Shown here piece by piece: positions 59,924 to 64,000 of a stretch of DNA of 64,000 nt. The stretch lies in assembly GCA_038253825.1 (NCBI GenBank), contig JBBSGT010000003.1, positions 463 through 64,462 on the forward strand, given 5' to 3'. The notes under the pieces are model-generated. The model was not told the origin of the DNA. It searched no databases and saw nothing but the letters and a program-made list of their open reading frames with translations. The DNA comes from Candidatus Levyibacteriota bacterium (GTDB lineage: Bacteria > Patescibacteriota > Microgenomatia > Levybacterales > UBA12049). How positions within the stretch are numbered: position 1 is the stretch's first letter; the number at the start of each line of letters is the position of its first letter. Position numbers and translations under genes: made by a program.

Positions 59924-61009
59924 ATGAATATTGTTTTATTTGCAGGTGGTGTTGGCAGCAGGTTGTGGCCACTTTCCCGAAAGAATGCTCCAAAACAGTT
60001 TGGCAAAATCATCGCTGACCGCTCGATGCTCCAAATTGCTGTCCATAAATTATTCCCGGAATTTAAATGGGAAGATGTTTTTATCTCAACCGGAAATCAG
60101 TACGCCACACATATCACCGATCAATTGCCATTACTTCCTGAAAAAAATATTATCGTTGAGCCTGAAATGAGGGATGTCGGTCCTGCAGTAGGTTTGGTAA
60201 TCGCGCAATTTGTCAAAACAAATCCTGACGAACCAATTGTACTTTTGTGGGGAAGTGATCATCTGGTTAAAAAAGAAGCAATTTTTCGAAAGATGCTCCG
60301 AGCAGCTGAAAAGCTGATTCTAGAAAATCCAAATAAAATTGTTTTTATTGGTCAGAAACCACGGTTTGCAAATCAGAATTTAGGTTATATTGCCTACGGC
60401 AAGGAAGTCGCAAACGTTGGCGGTTTTTCCGTTAATGAATTTACTCATTTTAAATATCGGCCAGATATGGAGACAGCAAAAGAGTATGCGCAAGATGGCA
60501 AACATGCCTGGAATTTAGGATACTTCGCAACCACACCACGTTTCTTATGGAAATTGTTTGAAGAATTTTCTCCTGAAATGTACAAAAAATTAAAGAAAAT
60601 TCATGATGCATATGGAACTGCTGAATATGAAGCTGTTCTTGGGGAAGTATATCCTACGCTCGAAAAAATTTCTTTTGACGATGCAATTCTTGAGAAGATG
60701 GATCCTAATGATGGTCAAGTTATTTCAGCTGATATTGGTTGGAGTGATATTGGAGCATGGGAAGCTTTGAAGGAAGCCTTGAGTGACAAAGTTGAAGAAA
60801 ACGTAACAAAAGGAAAAATTTTACTAGAAGGCTGCAGTGATTCAATTTTACACAACGAAACAAAACAATTAATTGTGGGTATTGACCTGCATGAAATGGT
60901 TATTGTCAGTATGGAGGATGTTATCTTAGTATGTCCAAAGGATTCGGTACCAAAAATCAAAACATTAGTAAAAAGTCTCGATGGTACTTCTTACGAACAT
61001 TTAGTGTAA
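59924..61009 (+). CDS. manC: Mannose-1-phosphate guanylyltransferase (GDP-mannose pyrophosphorylase), nucleotidyltransferase domain only
   Basis: 'MNIVLFAGGVGSRLWPLSRKNAPKQF' is the characteristic ManC/CpsB N-terminus. 361 aa without a PMI domain. Confidence 0.8.
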   Translation: MNIVLFAGGVGSRLWPLSRKNAPKQFGKIIADRSMLQIAVHKLFPEFKWEDVFISTGNQYATHITDQLPLLPEKNIIVEPEMRDVGPAVGLVIAQFVKTNPDEPIVLLWGSDHLVKKEAIFRKMLRAAEKLILENPNKIVFIGQKPRFANQNLGYIAYGKEVANVGGFSVNEFTHFKYRPDMETAKEYAQDGKHAWNLGYFATTPRFLWKLFEEFSPEMYKKLKKIHDAYGTAEYEAVLGEVYPTLEKISFDDAILEKMDPNDGQVISADIGWSDIGAWEALKEALSDKVEENVTKGKILLEGCSDSILHNETKQLIVGIDLHEMVIVSMEDVILVCPKDSVPKIKTLVKSLDGTSYEHLV

Positions 61010-61011
61010 AC

Positions 61012-61680
61012 ATGGCTTACACACAGATCCATAAAAGTTTAACTTTTTCCGTAACAAAGCGATTAATCGATATTGTATCTTCTTCAGTTCTTCTTATTCT
61101 GTTTTCACCAATTATCTTTGTTGTTGTTATGGCAATCAAACTTGATTCAGTCGGGCCTATTTTAGCTGATACCCCAAAGCGAGTAGGGGAAAAAAATAAA
61201 TACTTTTATCCGTATAAATTCCGTTCAATGATTGTTAATGCGTATTATCTATTAAAAACAGATCCCAAATTTAAAGCGGCATATGAAGAACAGCAAAAAG
61301 GCGGTAATTATAAAGTCAAGAATGATCCGCGAATTACACGCGTCGGAAAGTTTATTCGGAAGTATTCACTTGATGAAATCCCTCAGCTTGTAAATGTCTT
61401 CAAAGGAGAAATGAGTCTCGTGGGACCTCGACCGTATTATCCAGAAGAACTAGAAAAACAACAACAACACTACCCCCAAACGAAAGATCTTGTGCAGGAA
61501 GTGCTTTCCGTAAAGCCAGGGATTACTGGGTATTGGCAGGTCAGTGGAAGAAGTGAAGTGAAGTTCGATAAACGAATTCAAATGGATGCTGATTACGCTA
61601 TGAAAAATTCAATCACGCTGGATATCTTAATCATTTTAAGGACTCCTTGGGCTATGATATCAGGAAAAGGAGCATTGTAA
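61012..61680 (+). CDS. Monotopic initiating phosphoglycosyltransferase (bacterial sugar transferase, PglC/WbaP C-terminal-domain type)
   Basis: Single N-terminal re-entrant helix 'LIDIVSSSVLLILFSPIIFVVVMAIKLDS' with 'PYKFRSM' and 'DEIPQLVNVFKGEMSLVGPRP' motifs. ATG at 61012, directly after the manC stop. Confidence 0.8.
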   Translation: MAYTQIHKSLTFSVTKRLIDIVSSSVLLILFSPIIFVVVMAIKLDSVGPILADTPKRVGEKNKYFYPYKFRSMIVNAYYLLKTDPKFKAAYEEQQKGGNYKVKNDPRITRVGKFIRKYSLDEIPQLVNVFKGEMSLVGPRPYYPEELEKQQQHYPQTKDLVQEVLSVKPGITGYWQVSGRSEVKFDKRIQMDADYAMKNSITLDILIILRTPWAMISGKGAL

Positions 61681-61752
61681 TATTAAGTGTATCTCGAGTT
61701 TTTTGTCAAGTTGACAAGTGATAAATGGCTTGGGTATGATATATGATGTACA

Positions 61753-63759
61753 ATGTCAGGATTTAACAAGATTGAGTTTAAAAATCAAAATCAGGTATCT
61801 CAGAATAATGATGTATCCAGGACAAGAATCAGGGCAAAGAGTACACCTGACTTTGCAAGAAGTAAAAATTCATCAACAGTCCTTATGTCACAACGCAAGA
61901 AAAAAAATACAGTCAAAGTTCCACGGAAGCTTTATATCGCTTTGGGAATTGTCGTACTGCTTGCCATCTTGATAGCAATTCCAGCATACGCGACGTATAA
62001 ATCAGGACTGAAAACATATCGTGAAGCCCAGCTCATTGGTAAAGCGCTTAAGAAACAAAATGTCGCCTTGGTTTCCAGTGAAATTACCAAAACACAAAAA
62101 GACCTCGCCGATACACAAAGGAATTTCCACTTCTTACTGCCACTAAAAATTGTCCCAATTGTTGCATGGTATTACAACGATGCCGATCATTTGTTAAATG
62201 CATCAGCAGACGGACTTGCTAGTGCTCAAACCGTTGCGAAATCGCTGACTCCATATGCGGATATCTTAGGCCTCAAGGGAGTAAATAATGGTGCTACAGG
62301 ATCGACCGCGGATCGTATTAAAACAGTGGTTTTAAGTATGGGCAAGATTACGCCCCAGATTGATACCATTGAAGCTTCTCTCAACAAAATGAAAACGGAA
62401 GTTGATAAAATTGATCCAAATCGATATCCATCTTTTATTTTTGGGAAGAAAATCAAAACTGAACTAACGAGTTTACATACGCTTACCGATCAAAGTGCCA
62501 TTGCCGTTACTAATGCAAAACCGCTTATTAAAACACTTCCTTCCTTACTCGGTGCAACAGAAAAAAAGAAATATCTGATGATTTTCCAAAATGATAAAGA
62601 ACTTCGTCCAACTGGAGGATTTATCACAGCTTATGCTATCTTTACGATTGATCAAGGGCATATCGCATTTGAAAAATCCGATGATATTTATAAGCTAGAT
62701 AATTCTATTCCTAACAAAGAAGCTGCTCCTGCGCCGATTAGGAAATACTTCCCGACGGTTCCAGAATTTAACTTGCGTGACAGTAATATATCTCCTGACT
62801 TTATGGTCTCAATGAAAACATTTCGGTCAATGTACGATCAAGCAGGTTTAAGAGAAGATGATATTTCTGGCATAATCGGAATTGATACCAATGTACTTGT
62901 ATCTACAATTAAAATTCTTGATGATCAGGTACAAGCAGGTGGTGAAACGTTTACAACGAAAAATGATCCACGATGTGATTGTCCTCAAGTTATCTATGCT
63001 CTTGAAAACTCGATTTCACGCCCAGTTAATTATGTCAAATCAGCACGGAAGAGCTTGATTGGTGATTTGATCTCGGCAATTATGGTGAAAGCACTTTCTT
63101 CTTCACCAAAGCTTTATTGGGGACCGCTTTTCCAATCGATCATTGCTCAGACAAACCAAAAGCATGTTATGTTTGATCTGTATGATGATCAAGCACAGCA
63201 AGGTATTGAAGCACTCAATGCCGCCGGGCAAATACAACCCTTTAAGGGTGACTATCTTCACATCAATGAAGCAAATTTCTCAGGAGCAAAAGTAAATATC
63301 TTTATGCAAGAGTCTGTTGATAATAGTTACAATATTGCAAGTGATGGTACGATTACCAAGACTGTAACTATTCATTACAAAAATCCATATCCACCATCTG
63401 ATTGTAGTTTGGCAGATGGAGGATTATGTTTGAACGCGTTGTATCGTGATTGGGTTCGTCTCTATGTACCACAGGGAAGTGTCTTAACCAGCAATCATGG
63501 ATCTCAAGTGAAGATGACAACCTATGACGAACTTGGGAAAACAGTATTTGACGGTTTCATCACAGTCAGAACACGTGGTGTAGCTACACTCACAGTAAAT
63601 TACACCTTACCATTTAAGTTGAAATCAGGTTCACCTCTTCCAGTTATGATCCAGAAGCAACCTGGTGCGACAAACAACGATTATCAAATGATGACCAACG
63701 GAAAGTCTGTTGACGACTTCAAACTCACCGCTGATAAGCAAACAGAAGTTAAATTCTAA
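61753..63759 (+). CDS. Large extracytoplasmic protein with single N-terminal TM anchor, DUF4012-like (tentative)
   Basis: 668 aa. TM 'LYIALGIVVLLAILIAI'. 'ELRPTGGFITAYAI' motif recalls the RGTGGF block of DUF4012 proteins. Confidence 0.4.
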   Translation: MSGFNKIEFKNQNQVSQNNDVSRTRIRAKSTPDFARSKNSSTVLMSQRKKKNTVKVPRKLYIALGIVVLLAILIAIPAYATYKSGLKTYREAQLIGKALKKQNVALVSSEITKTQKDLADTQRNFHFLLPLKIVPIVAWYYNDADHLLNASADGLASAQTVAKSLTPYADILGLKGVNNGATGSTADRIKTVVLSMGKITPQIDTIEASLNKMKTEVDKIDPNRYPSFIFGKKIKTELTSLHTLTDQSAIAVTNAKPLIKTLPSLLGATEKKKYLMIFQNDKELRPTGGFITAYAIFTIDQGHIAFEKSDDIYKLDNSIPNKEAAPAPIRKYFPTVPEFNLRDSNISPDFMVSMKTFRSMYDQAGLREDDISGIIGIDTNVLVSTIKILDDQVQAGGETFTTKNDPRCDCPQVIYALENSISRPVNYVKSARKSLIGDLISAIMVKALSSSPKLYWGPLFQSIIAQTNQKHVMFDLYDDQAQQGIEALNAAGQIQPFKGDYLHINEANFSGAKVNIFMQESVDNSYNIASDGTITKTVTIHYKNPYPPSDCSLADGGLCLNALYRDWVRLYVPQGSVLTSNHGSQVKMTTYDELGKTVFDGFITVRTRGVATLTVNYTLPFKLKSGSPLPVMIQKQPGATNNDYQMMTNGKSVDDFKLTADKQTEVKF

Positions 63760-63880
63760 TTCTTCCCGTCATTGAGAAGGAGAACTATAAAGCAAAGTGC
63801 CCACAAGGTGCGAAGTGCCCGAAGGGTGCAATCCCCAATTTATGAGATTGCCGCGCTTTGCTCGCAATGACGATAATTGT

Positions 63881-64000
63881 ATGAGAAACTTCAGAACTGA
63901 GGGTATCATCATCAAACGGAGAAACTATGGTGAAGCAGATAGAATATTGACCGTTCTCACACGTGACTATGGGAAAATTTCGATCAAAGCTACTGGTGTG
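63881..64000 (+). CDS. recO: DNA repair protein RecO, N-terminal fragment (runs off window)
   Basis: 'MRNFRTEGIIIKRRNYGEADRILTVLTRDYGKISIKATGV' matches the RecO N-terminal OB-fold signature (EGI.LK...YGE.D.I...T...GK). Confidence 0.55.
   Translation, partial: MRNFRTEGIIIKRRNYGEADRILTVLTRDYGKISIKATGV

Noticed and set aside
1-64000. Possibility of an alternative genetic code (UGA-sense, as in some Candidate Phyla Radiation lineages), or of CRISPR arrays, tRNA or rRNA genes.
   Set aside because: More than 50 long uninterrupted ORFs read in the standard code. No regularly spaced direct repeats were seen. No tRNA-like T-arm (GGTTCGAATCC-type) or rRNA signatures were seen on either strand.

Overview
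This window is AT-rich bacterial DNA (roughly 30-35% GC in most genes, judged by eye) and is almost entirely one cell-envelope glycosylation island. It is tightly packed, mostly on the + strand, with many 1-4 nt stop/start overlaps. I count 9 GT2 glycosyltransferases, 5 small DPM1/GtrB-like polyprenyl-phosphate sugar synthases, 8 GT4 glycosyltransferases plus one truncated GT4 fragment, at least 10 large polytopic GT-C-like membrane proteins (ArnT/PMT-like and a paralogous YfhO-like family), 2 Wzx-like flippases, and a 1016-aa O-antigen-ligase-like/GT-C-like fusion. Sugar-precursor enzymes are also present: GalE, ManC, a PfkB kinase, an SDR epimerase/dehydratase, a DegT-family protein with the ColD/E1-type Lys->His substitution, 2 hexapeptide acetyltransferases, a SAM methyltransferase and a PglC-type initiating phosphoglycosyltransferase. 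Embedded at 52.4-57.0 kb is a GC-richer block. It encodes a secreted lectin-like protein and a NOX/ferric-reductase-type flavocytochrome flanked by two inverted paralogous surface proteins that share a novel Cys/His-containing N-terminal module; one paralog also carries a dockerin-like pair of Ca-binding loops. I regard this block as the most likely undescribed system in the window. The window ends with the 5' end of recO. I found no tRNA, rRNA or CRISPR, and the long ORFs argue for the standard genetic code. The gene content and composition resemble large glycosylation loci of Candidate Phyla Radiation (Patescibacteria) genomes, but that is inference only. All product calls are from motifs read by eye in the translations; nothing was searched against a database.
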